Of a DNA stretch of 32,230 bases, positions 1-7,805 are shown piece after piece. The stretch comes from a virus. Its lineage: Duplodnaviria; Caudoviricetes. The position numbers were made by a program, and so were the translations under genes. The stretch is from positions 1 through 32,230 of IMG/VR virus record IMGVR_UViG_3300046005_000942. One strand, written 5' to 3'. Within the stretch, counting starts at the first letter, position 1, and each line of letters opens with the position of its first letter. A model generated the notes under the pieces. The model was not told where the DNA came from. It saw only the letters and a list, made by a program, of their open reading frames with translations, and did not search any database.

Positions 1-46
1 AAGGAGAGGATAGTCTATACAGACTTGGCTAGCGAAACATAGTTTA

Positions 47-75
47 GGGGTTCGGGGGATAGTGGGGTCGCGGGG
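47..75 (+). other. G-tract cluster (G4-N3-G5-N5-G4-N4-G4), potential G-quadruplex
   Basis: GGGGttcGGGGGatagtGGGGtcgcGGGG read directly; folding is inferred. Confidence 0.5.
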
Positions 76-102
76 AACATAACACGATTCGTGCTTTGTT
101 CC
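74..102. promoter_or_regulatory. Imperfect palindrome, copy 1 (putative operator)
   Basis: GGAACATAACACGA-T-TCGTGCTTTGTTCC; 83-103 is identical to 1510-1530; lies just upstream of a -35 box. Confidence 0.65.
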
Positions 103-114
103 AGAATATCATGG

Positions 115-143
115 TTGACAATATGATGAGAATGTAGGATAAT
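115..143 (+). promoter_or_regulatory. Sigma70-type promoter P1
   Basis: TTGACA (115-120), 17-nt spacer, GATAAT (138-143), upstream of the gene at 198. Confidence 0.8.
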
Positions 144-197
144 GAATTTGTCGGCAGAACCGATTCTACACATGACGTATTAACAGGAGATTCAACC

Positions 198-794
198 ATG
201 AGTACATCAACTACAGTAGCAGCAACCATCAACGTATCAGCCGTGTTTAGACTATTCAAAGCAGTCGGCGCACTGGAAGGTAAAGCAGCAATAGCATTGA
301 GCACGGCAGTCAAAGCGGCAGTTGACTACATGAAGGTATCGAAGATGGATTATAAAAATGAGCAGGATTTTAAGACGGGTTGTGTATCATCGTGGGTTGG
401 GAAGGATGCGGATTTTGATGAGTGCAAGCGGGTGCGTAACCTTTTGAATGTGAAGCTTAAGCTTCATCCTGATTATGTTGCCGCAATAGCAGCGACACCG
501 AAGGCGCAAGAAATGGCCAAAAAACGTGGTGGCGCAAAAAAAGCAGCGACAAACAAAGCAAGCGGCAAGGTCGCAGCAATAGCTAAAGTTGTAAAAGGTA
601 AAGCACAATCAGCGCCACAAGTAGACGCTCCGGTGGATAACATCCGATTCGATCATATCCTTGCCGATGTGACAAGGTCGGTGCAAGGTATTCATTCACA
701 CGTCCAGATGCACTTAAAGCCTAGCCAATTGTCGGACTACAACAAGGCCCAAACCGAGTTCCTTCTAGCAGTCGCAAAACTCTGTAATAACTAG
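198..794 (+). CDS. Hypothetical early protein with Ala/Lys-rich basic linker
   Basis: 198-aa ORF; AGGAG RBS; has its own promoter and terminator. Confidence 0.8.
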   Translation: MSTSTTVAATINVSAVFRLFKAVGALEGKAAIALSTAVKAAVDYMKVSKMDYKNEQDFKTGCVSSWVGKDADFDECKRVRNLLNVKLKLHPDYVAAIAATPKAQEMAKKRGGAKKAATNKASGKVAAIAKVVKGKAQSAPQVDAPVDNIRFDHILADVTRSVQGIHSHVQMHLKPSQLSDYNKAQTEFLLAVAKLCNN

Positions 795-802
795 CATCAC
801 CG

Positions 803-827
803 ACCCCGCTCCGGCGGGGTTTTTTTT
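803..827 (+). terminator. Rho-independent terminator
   Basis: ACCCCGC-TCCG-GCGGGGT hairpin followed by a T-run immediately after the stop codon. Confidence 0.9.
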
Positions 828-849
828 CGTCCCGACTTTCCGGTTTTGT

Positions 850-881
850 ACTCGTTCTTGACTCGTTCTTGACTCGTTCTT
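850..881 (+). repeat. 11-bp tandem repeat ACTCGTTCTTG x3 (last copy lacks the final G)
   Basis: Read directly. Confidence 0.85.
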
Positions 882-893
882 AATGTCTAAGCT

Positions 894-1308
894 CGTGTTA
901 CCGAATGTCTAGGCAGTTGGCACAGACTTAATGGCGCAGCCCATTGAAACTAAAGGGTATTATTTTCCGTGTTACCGGTGTGCCCATGTGTGACCAGATC
1001 GGTAACACGACCTAAGTCCTTGATCGCAGTCTGTTTCCTATACTATATGTTACTATATATATATATATAAATAATTAAGATATATAAAAGAGAGAAAAAA
1101 AGGGAAACACGCCGGAAAGTTTTTGGAGGATTTAGTAAAGTTTTTTTTCTGGCGCACATAAAATTTTGCGGTAACACGCGAAAATGGTAACACGCCTACT
1201 CCTGAGCCATTCTACGTGGGCACACGCCGGTAACACGACACACGATTTTCGCATAGAGCTTCATAGCGTAACAAATGGCAGAGCAAAACGGGCACAGATT
1301 TGGGCACA
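894..1308. repeat. Iteron-like array around an AT-rich tract; putative replication origin
   Basis: (C/T)GGTAACACG at 894 and 968 (reverse) and at 1000, 1169, 1185, 1228 (forward); GGCACA at 919 and GGGCACA at 979 (reverse), 1218, 1290, 1302; (TA)n/A-rich tract about 1040-1100; no ORF >=60 aa. Origin function is inferred. Confidence 0.6.
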
Positions 1309-1434
1309 TATTATGTTAACCGGTCAAGTTAAGGCGGTTAGCAAATCCTAAACACACATAGACTAATTAATACGTTATCAACACACCATAATCGAATTAC
1401 ACGTGTTCAACACATATAAACACACATACACGAC

Positions 1435-1463
1435 TTGACAAAAGGGCCGATTTGGGGTATAAT
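1435..1463 (+). promoter_or_regulatory. Perfect-consensus sigma70 promoter P2 (early operon)
   Basis: TTGACA (1435-1440), 17 nt, TATAAT (1458-1463). Confidence 0.9.
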
Positions 1464-1501
1464 AGTAGTTCGGCTGGAGGAACAGCCGCAAATAAGAGCC
1501 A

Positions 1502-1528
1502 GAACAAAGCACGATTCGTGCTTTGTTC
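1502..1528. promoter_or_regulatory. Perfect palindrome, copy 2 (putative operator or leader hairpin)
   Basis: GAACAAAGCACGA-T-TCGTGCTTTGTTC, 13-bp perfect arms. Confidence 0.7.
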
Positions 1529-1543
1529 CAAGAGGAGAAAAGC

Positions 1544-1672
1544 ATGGATGCGATGGACGGTGGCGAGAACGTAGTGGGTTGGTTTGTTGGGTATCTCGAA
1601 GCATTGTTTGAGGATCGTGAAGTGGTTGTGCTGGCTGAGTATGAGAGAGAGGTTGAGCAGTTCCTTTGGTAG
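1544..1672 (+). CDS. Small acidic protein, 42 aa (below the ORF-track cutoff)
   Basis: GAGGAG RBS; MDAMDGGENVVGWFVGYLEALFEDREVVVLAEYEREVEQFLW; first ORF after P2. Confidence 0.65.
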   Translation: MDAMDGGENVVGWFVGYLEALFEDREVVVLAEYEREVEQFLW

Positions 1673-1739
1673 TTCTTTTGTTTCTTTGTAGTTCTTTTTT
1701 GTAGTTCTTTTTTGTAGTTCTTTTTTGTAGTTCTTTTTT
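1669..1739 (+). repeat. 13-bp tandem repeat GTAGTTCTTTTTT x4 plus a degenerate upstream copy
   Basis: Copies start at 1688, 1701, 1714, 1727 and abut the GGAGG RBS of the AAA gene. Confidence 0.9.
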
Positions 1740-1750
1740 GGAGGTTTACC

Positions 1751-2860
1751 ATGAGTAATAACAACGGCATCAATACATATAACTTTGCGGTTAATCACAG
1801 CGAAGCAGCGAAAATGGTAGCAACATGCGGGCAGGATGTGACGTACGTCTTTGAGGGTGAGCCTGGGGTTGGTAAGAGCAGCATACTAACAACACTATCA
1901 ACCATGCTAGGGGATGAGTATGAGTATATCTACGTAGACGTACCAAACAAGGATGCCCCTGATATAGCCTTGTGTATGCCTGACCACATCAAGAAGGTAA
2001 CAGCGTACTACATCAACGAGACATGGCTAGGTGCTGACCGTACTAAGAAGAAGTGCATCATGCTGGATGAGATAAACAAGGGCCCAGAGTATGTGCAGTT
2101 GATGATGAACAGGTTAGTACATGAACACGTGATCGGCACATACAAACTACCAGAAGGAAGCATCGTCTTTGGTACTACTAACTTCACGACCGATGGGGTG
2201 GGTGACAGTAGTAATGCGCATAGCAATAGCCGTATAGTAAGAGTGCCGTTCAGGAAACCATCACAAGAGGAGTACAACCATTGGGGCATTAACAATGGGC
2301 TGAATCCGATAGTGCTTAAGTGGTGTGACCAGAATCCTATGGTGTTTCAGAGTTACAAGGACACTGAGTTCAACGCCAACGAGCATAAGGATGGGATAGG
2401 TGCGTTTCATTACATCTTTCACCCGCAGCACAACACCCATGCGTACGTTTGCCCACGATCAATGCACAAAGCCTCTAAACAGATCGACAGCATCGACACC
2501 TTAGGTGAGGCACTGTTAGTCAAGGCGTTGATCGGTACGATAGGGGCTAAGGCTGCGTTAGATATGTCAGCACTGATAGCACTGGGTAATGATATGCCTG
2601 ACCCGAAGGACATAGAGGCTTCACCTGACTCGGCACGGATACCTAAGAGCGAAGCGGCTCAGATAATGCTGGTCTATAAGTCAGTGCAACATCTAACACC
2701 CACAAACATCTCTGCATGGGTGACATACTTCGAGCGATACCCGCTTGAGATGCTGTCTGTCTGGGTTAAGACTGTCATAAAGAATGAGTCAGTCAAGATG
2801 TTCTTTATCAAAGACCCAAAGATCAGGGCGTTTGCTATTAATAACTCGTGGGTTTTATAA
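1751..2860 (+). CDS. MoxR-like AAA+ ATPase
   Basis: Walker A GEPGVGKS, Walker B IMLDE, sensor-1-like TTN, CPRS motif; adjacent to a vWA gene. Confidence 0.85.
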   Translation: MSNNNGINTYNFAVNHSEAAKMVATCGQDVTYVFEGEPGVGKSSILTTLSTMLGDEYEYIYVDVPNKDAPDIALCMPDHIKKVTAYYINETWLGADRTKKKCIMLDEINKGPEYVQLMMNRLVHEHVIGTYKLPEGSIVFGTTNFTTDGVGDSSNAHSNSRIVRVPFRKPSQEEYNHWGINNGLNPIVLKWCDQNPMVFQSYKDTEFNANEHKDGIGAFHYIFHPQHNTHAYVCPRSMHKASKQIDSIDTLGEALLVKALIGTIGAKAALDMSALIALGNDMPDPKDIEASPDSARIPKSEAAQIMLVYKSVQHLTPTNISAWVTYFERYPLEMLSVWVKTVIKNESVKMFFIKDPKIRAFAINNSWVL

Positions 2861-2871
2861 GGGGAGATGAG

Positions 2872-4041
2872 ATGGAACTAACAGCGGAGCAGAAGGTAAG
2901 TAAGGCTAAGGTATGGATCATGTCCAGCAAGGAATGGAAGTGTATCGCCCCTGTAGTAATGATGGGCAAGACCAAGTTCGTAGGGGATGATGACCCTATA
3001 CAGACTGCTGCTACTAACGGGAGGGATGAGACATACAACAAGAGCTTTGTTGGTGGGTTAACTGAGGAGCAGGTGCGTTTCCTTGTGCTACATGAGGGCT
3101 TGCATAAATACTTCAGGCACTTGCATACATGGAGAGAACTAAACAAGGAGAATCACACACTTGCAAACATAGCAATGGATGTTATCATTAATAATCAATA
3201 CCTTATAGGCAAGGATGGGCTGGCCTTCATCGAGCTTGGGGTGGATATGCCAGAGTATAAGGACAAGATGAAGTGGAGTACGCGAAAGGTATTCGAGGAT
3301 CTGAAGCAGAAGGGGTATGGAGGTGGTGAAGGGCATGACCATCATGATTGGGATGGTGCGGGTGAGATGACTGAGGAGGAGGGTGAGGAGTTAGAGAAGC
3401 GCATTGACCAAGTGATGCGACAAGGTGCGATAGCAGGGTTAGGTGAGGGTGACTTAGCACGAGAAGCAGGTGCGGGGTTAGTGCCTAAGGTGGATTGGCA
3501 AGCACTACTGGCGCAGTTCATCAAGAGTCACACTAGGGGGAATGATAAACGAACGTGGCGCAGACCGCGTGGGGCATACCTAGCCGTTGACCCTGATATG
3601 TATCAGCCTAGCCCATACTCAACGACAGTACCACGCATACTAATATGTGGTGACACGTCTGGCTCGATAGGTGGAGCAGAGTTAGCTAAGTTCTTAGGCT
3701 TCATGCAACAGCTATGTGATGAGGTCAAGCCTAACGGGGCGGATATAGCGTGGTGGGATATGAAGGTGTGTGGGGTAGACAAGTTCGAGAGGGGTAAGAT
3801 CAACCTGTTAGGTGCGGTTAAGCCTAAGGGTGGGGGTGGCACTGACCCATCATGTCTACCAGAGTGGATACGGAAAGAGGGCACTGCGGGTACTAAGTAT
3901 TGCTGCGCGGTAGTCATCACTGATGGGTACTTCGGCAAGGATGTAGGGCAGTGGGATATACCTGTCATATGGCTGGTAGTAGGTGGGTATAAGGCAGATA
4001 TAAATGTAGGGCAGGTGGTGCACGTGGGGGAGGAGTTGTAG
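2872..4041 (+). CDS. Putative metallopeptidase + vWA domain protein (DUF2201-like)
   Basis: TAATNG, HExxH (HEGLH), His/acidic linker, MIDAS DTSGS, GGGGTD and ITDG; start moved to ATG 2872 behind GGGGAG. Confidence 0.85.
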   Translation: MELTAEQKVSKAKVWIMSSKEWKCIAPVVMMGKTKFVGDDDPIQTAATNGRDETYNKSFVGGLTEEQVRFLVLHEGLHKYFRHLHTWRELNKENHTLANIAMDVIINNQYLIGKDGLAFIELGVDMPEYKDKMKWSTRKVFEDLKQKGYGGGEGHDHHDWDGAGEMTEEEGEELEKRIDQVMRQGAIAGLGEGDLAREAGAGLVPKVDWQALLAQFIKSHTRGNDKRTWRRPRGAYLAVDPDMYQPSPYSTTVPRILICGDTSGSIGGAELAKFLGFMQQLCDEVKPNGADIAWWDMKVCGVDKFERGKINLLGAVKPKGGGGTDPSCLPEWIRKEGTAGTKYCCAVVITDGYFGKDVGQWDIPVIWLVVGGYKADINVGQVVHVGEEL

Positions 4042-4083
4042 TTCTTTTGTTTCTTTTGTTTCTTTATTATTAGGAGTTTTACC

Positions 4084-4935
4084 ATGACACAAGCAAATAT
4101 CAATGCAGTTATATGTGAACTATCAATCGGCGTATGGACTGCGCGTAAGCTAGACAAGGCAGCAAGCCGTGAAGTTAAGCATAGTAAGGGTGCTAACAGT
4201 GATGATGCGGCACGGGTTAACAAGAACCTTATGGCAGGGATGGACAACCTTAAGAAGGTGACTGAGTTTGTGGGTTCAATACGTACCGACTTCTATGCCA
4301 TGACCTTACCGTGGTCTGATAGTGGGCAACGTCTTGTACCAATGGCGCAGTTCTTTGAGTTGAAGCAGTGGCTTAATGATAAGGACAATGAGTATCGGGC
4401 ACTGGTGGATAACTTTCTGTATGAATACCCCAACCTTATATCAGCGCAGGCGTTTCAGTTAGGGGATCTGTTTAACAGGAACGAATACCCAACAGCCGAT
4501 GAGATTCGCGGCAAGTTCAGGTTCAGCACGTGCTTCCTACCATTACCGACCGCTGGTGACTTCCGTGTGGATTGTGTACAGGAGGTTAAGGATGAAATGG
4601 CAAATGAGTATGAGCAGATATTGATGAGCCGTATTAACTCAGTGAGTACCGACCTATGGGATCGACTCCATACCACACTCAAACATATGAGTGAGCGATT
4701 AGGGTATGACGAGCTTGGCAAGGCTAAGGTGTTTAGGGATACGTTAGTGGATAACGCGGTGGATCTGTGTGACCTACTAAAGAAGCTGAATATCACCAAT
4801 GACCCCAAGCTAGAGTCAGCCCGTAAAGAGTTAGAGTCTACGTTACTAGGGGTAGATGCAGGGGAGTTACGTAGGACAGGGGCGCGAGAAGAAGTTAAGG
4901 CGCGTATCGACCGCACACTAGATGCTTGGTTCTAA
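4084..4935 (+). CDS. Conserved phage helical protein, tentatively DUF3150-like
   Basis: 283-aa ORF with AGGAG RBS; WTARKLD, TLPW..G.RL.P and F...YP patterns recalled from proteins that accompany AAA/vWA pairs; family name tentative. Confidence 0.55.
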   Translation: MTQANINAVICELSIGVWTARKLDKAASREVKHSKGANSDDAARVNKNLMAGMDNLKKVTEFVGSIRTDFYAMTLPWSDSGQRLVPMAQFFELKQWLNDKDNEYRALVDNFLYEYPNLISAQAFQLGDLFNRNEYPTADEIRGKFRFSTCFLPLPTAGDFRVDCVQEVKDEMANEYEQILMSRINSVSTDLWDRLHTTLKHMSERLGYDELGKAKVFRDTLVDNAVDLCDLLKKLNITNDPKLESARKELESTLLGVDAGELRRTGAREEVKARIDRTLDAWF

Positions 4936-4944
4936 GGGGGAGTT

Positions 4945-5646
4945 ATGAAACCGCTAAACTATGAGAGAGAAGCAGAGAAGTCAGGAAGTAAGTCCCGATA
5001 CAGTGGTCAACAGAATTGGTCGTGCACCCCCATATCAGGCACAAGCCTAACAGAGAAAGGTGAGTTCCATATAAATAATACGGGGGCGCATGCTCCTGAG
5101 TGGAGGGAGGCAATGGATAGGGAGTTTGGTCTATTGATATGCAAGCCTAAGGATATGCCAAGACGTATAGTTACAGACACAGGTGAGCATATTAAGAATG
5201 CTTGGTTCAGTGCAGAGCAGTGGCTTATGTATGACAAGGAGTACAACAGAGTGGTGTCTACGTATGGGGGGATACGATACAAATATACGACAGAGCGACC
5301 CATTCCACATAAGAAGATTATGACACTTAGACCCGACCGCAATGCATTCGAGGCGAGGTGGAATAGTGAGCCGATAGTAGAGCTGCGGGAGATGTGCAAG
5401 ACCCTGATGCTGCTAGAGCCAGAGGCATACACCAAAGAGACTACGGGGTTTAGGTGGAGCAAAGGTGTGGGTGAACCAAGAAGCGAAGTAATGTTGACAC
5501 TGCTGGCTCACCCCGACCTACTAGATACTACAAAACCAGCACACCGGGGGGTGGTAGCATATGTGAGCAGTGCTAAGTTCGAGGCGTATGTTAGGAGGAC
5601 ATCAATGGATGAACGGCAGTATAACTACTTACGATTGGAGGTGTAA
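4945..5646 (+). CDS. Hypothetical protein
   Basis: 233-aa ORF, GGGGAG RBS, in operon. Confidence 0.75.
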   Translation: MKPLNYEREAEKSGSKSRYSGQQNWSCTPISGTSLTEKGEFHINNTGAHAPEWREAMDREFGLLICKPKDMPRRIVTDTGEHIKNAWFSAEQWLMYDKEYNRVVSTYGGIRYKYTTERPIPHKKIMTLRPDRNAFEARWNSEPIVELREMCKTLMLLEPEAYTKETTGFRWSKGVGEPRSEVMLTLLAHPDLLDTTKPAHRGVVAYVSSAKFEAYVRRTSMDERQYNYLRLEV

Positions 5647-5647
5647 C

Positions 5648-6466
5648 ATGTCAAGCCATGCAAAGATAGCAAGGAGATGGGTAGAGGGTGGTAAACATCT
5701 TAAGAACCGCAACCTCGTCATGAGGGGCGACCTGATAGATTCATACCATCAAGGGTACTCTATAGCTAGGATAGATAGAGAGAAGAATGTAGCGTATGTC
5801 ACCACGAGGGGGCCCAGCAATTCAACGCGGAGGCACATAGCCCATGTAGAGGATGCACTGCGTGCGGCTCACGTAAATGTTATACATTTATATAACCCTG
5901 CGGATTCGCTAGAAGTTAACTTAGCTACAATGCACTCCCATTACCTAGGGGCAAGACTGAATTCCGCTGTTAGGTGGGGTAGGGATAGAGTGTGGGCACT
6001 GAGGTCTACCTATACTAACTACGAGAACCTTGCCGCGCATATGGGTGTGTCTATAGTAGATGAGCTAGATTACATACATGCAGTAGAGGATCGTAGGGCT
6101 GAGAAGGTAGCGAAACGTGAGGAGAACACTGCTAATAATATACGCAGGGCATTAAGTACGTGGCAGAATTGCAAGGGTGAGTGGCAGCGTAGGTTTGCGG
6201 GTAGCTATGTTCGTGCTGTTGATCGGCTAGTGAGGGTAGTAACGCATGACCCCTTGCGGATACAGGTGAGCGATCAACACCCCGAGAAAATTAAGGGGTG
6301 GCATCACAGTAGTCAGGCATACATACAAACCAATAACTTTGGGATTGAGCATCTGATAGCACATGACCATACACTTACACAAGATGAACTAGACTACGTT
6401 ACTACGGAGGTAAATGATTATGAGCAACAACAACAACAACAACAACGACTATCACAAGGAGCGTAA
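5648..6466 (+). CDS. Hypothetical protein with C-terminal poly-Gln
   Basis: GGAGGT RBS before ATG 5648; 272 aa. Confidence 0.75.
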   Translation: MSSHAKIARRWVEGGKHLKNRNLVMRGDLIDSYHQGYSIARIDREKNVAYVTTRGPSNSTRRHIAHVEDALRAAHVNVIHLYNPADSLEVNLATMHSHYLGARLNSAVRWGRDRVWALRSTYTNYENLAAHMGVSIVDELDYIHAVEDRRAEKVAKREENTANNIRRALSTWQNCKGEWQRRFAGSYVRAVDRLVRVVTHDPLRIQVSDQHPEKIKGWHHSSQAYIQTNNFGIEHLIAHDHTLTQDELDYVTTEVNDYEQQQQQQQRLSQGA

Positions 6467-6623
6467 CCCATACCTAAACGCCCCTAGAGGACGTAATCTA
6501 GGCTATAAGACATGCAGGTGGAATAGGGAGGATGCGATGTTTGTTAAGTGCGTAGCACTGGGCATTATAGGGACTATATTTATTTTGGCTACCTACTTGA
6601 CTCTGTGGATCATAGGTGGATAA
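6420..6623 (+). CDS. Small protein with N-terminal poly-Asn and C-terminal transmembrane helix
   Basis: GGAGG RBS at 6406-6410; hydrophobic VALGIIGTIFILATYLTLWII. Confidence 0.65.
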   Translation: MSNNNNNNNDYHKERNPYLNAPRGRNLGYKTCRWNREDAMFVKCVALGIIGTIFILATYLTLWIIGG

Positions 6624-6656
6624 TGGAGGATCGAACTAAGGAACGAGTGAATAGCG

Positions 6657-6866
6657 ATGAATGAGGACTTCGGTGGGCAAGAAGCATTGACGGCATCTGA
6701 GACACATTGGCGGTACGGTGCGCCAGTTAACACACGGTCGAAGTGTCTACTACTGACAAGCCAAAAGATAGCCATAGTAGGTGAGTGGGGTTCGGGACTA
6801 GGTGTCATCGCATGGTGTCCGTTACCCAAACGAGATAAGAAGCACGAGCTTAGTGTAGGCTTGTAA
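6657..6866 (+). CDS. Hypothetical protein with DUF551-like C-terminal motif
   Basis: VIAWCPLP resembles the VTHWMPLP motif of small phage proteins. Confidence 0.55.
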   Translation: MNEDFGGQEALTASETHWRYGAPVNTRSKCLLLTSQKIAIVGEWGSGLGVIAWCPLPKRDKKHELSVGL

Positions 6867-6903
6867 ACTGTAAAGTTAAGTAGGTATGATTGTAAAGTTA
6901 AGT
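6861..6903 (+). promoter_or_regulatory. Possible promoter overlapped by two 13-bp direct repeats
   Basis: TTGTAA (6861-6866), 18 nt, TATGAT (6885-6890); TGTAAAGTTAAGT at 6869 and 6891. Confidence 0.45.
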
Positions 6904-7066
6904 TGCTGTAGGAATCCCCAGCGTGGGGTGGGATGGTTATTGGGCCGAAAACACACGCAGCTTATGATAGGCCAAAACTTTTCGTCGATTTCAGCGAGGG
7001 CCTCCAGCTTATGCGTAAGCCGACTTACCCCCGTAAGGGGTACAGAATTTTACAAAGGAGATGACG

Positions 7067-7336
7067 ATGAATGAACGAATTAGAGAGCTTGCTGAACAGT
7101 TAGATCCTGTTGCAACGATTGGCAATTGGGGTAGAGTTGAATGGGCGGATAATGTCTATCCACAACTTAATGACAAGATGTATGCTGCTATTGATTTGCA
7201 AAAGTTTGCGGAGTTGATTATTGCAGATTGTGAGCTAGTTGTTGATTGTGACAACATGTACGCAATTAAGGAACATTTTGAGGAGAAGAACAATGGAATC
7301 ATTACTGCTGTGGTTAAGTCTAGTGGTGTACTTTGA
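7067..7336 (+). CDS. Hypothetical phage protein
   Basis: AAGGAG RBS; MNERIRELAEQ...KFAELII...IKEHF pattern common in small phage proteins. Confidence 0.7.
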   Translation: MNERIRELAEQLDPVATIGNWGRVEWADNVYPQLNDKMYAAIDLQKFAELIIADCELVVDCDNMYAIKEHFEEKNNGIITAVVKSSGVL

Positions 7337-7676
7337 GTCAAGGGGTGAGCCTGAGGTGTGTCAACGTGCAGTAGCGCATGTAGTGTTGAATCGGACCAAG
7401 GATGGGGATGTAGCCAAGACGGTACTAGCACCTTACCAATTCTCATGGGTTTCTGAGAAGATGCGTAACGGTGTGATACGCCCTGAGCACCGACCCAATA
7501 AAGAATCCCCTGCATGGAAGCAGTCAGTTGCATCGGCATTGAAGGCCATATATACGGTAGACTTTTATGAGGCTACGCACTTCCATGCAACGTATATACC
7601 CAAGCCTAAGAGCTGGTCAAACCTTAAGCTGGTACATACATGTGGTGGGCATCATTTCTATAAGGAGATAGCATGA
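7293..7676 (+). CDS. Cell wall hydrolase, SleB/Hydrolase_2 family
   Basis: YFESRGE, AVAHVVLNR, QFSW, ATHFHA, GGHHFY motifs; GAGGAG RBS before ATG 7293. Confidence 0.9.
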   Translation: MESLLLWLSLVVYFESRGEPEVCQRAVAHVVLNRTKDGDVAKTVLAPYQFSWVSEKMRNGVIRPEHRPNKESPAWKQSVASALKAIYTVDFYEATHFHATYIPKPKSWSNLKLVHTCGGHHFYKEIA

Positions 7677-7804
7677 AAAGATCTTGGGGTAAGAACAGTG
7701 AGTACAGTACAACGGTTATATACGTGATGACTATAGGCGGATCAGTTATTGCATTACTAGCAGTGCTAGGGGTAGTGCACATACTTGAGTGGATGGGGGG
7801 TTGA
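7673..7804 (+). CDS. Small membrane protein, 43 aa
   Basis: AAGGAG RBS, ATGA overlap with the hydrolase stop, one hydrophobic helix (VIYVMTIGGSVIALLAVLGVV). Confidence 0.6.
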   Translation: MKRSWGKNSEYSTTVIYVMTIGGSVIALLAVLGVVHILEWMGG

Positions 7805-7805
7805 T

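Noticed and set aside
1669-1739. CRISPR array interpretation of the short repeats (also 850-881 and 894-1308)
   Set aside because: Units are 9-13 bp, either tandem or irregularly spaced, with no uniform spacers.
1378-1798. Minus-strand ORFs with KKNYKKELQKRTT repeats
   Set aside because: They are translations of the 13-bp repeat, antisense to a clear promoter, RBS and ORF.
6886-7074. 62-aa ORF
   Set aside because: Start lies inside the predicted -10, the RBS is weak, and the region reads better as a structured leader; not fully excluded.
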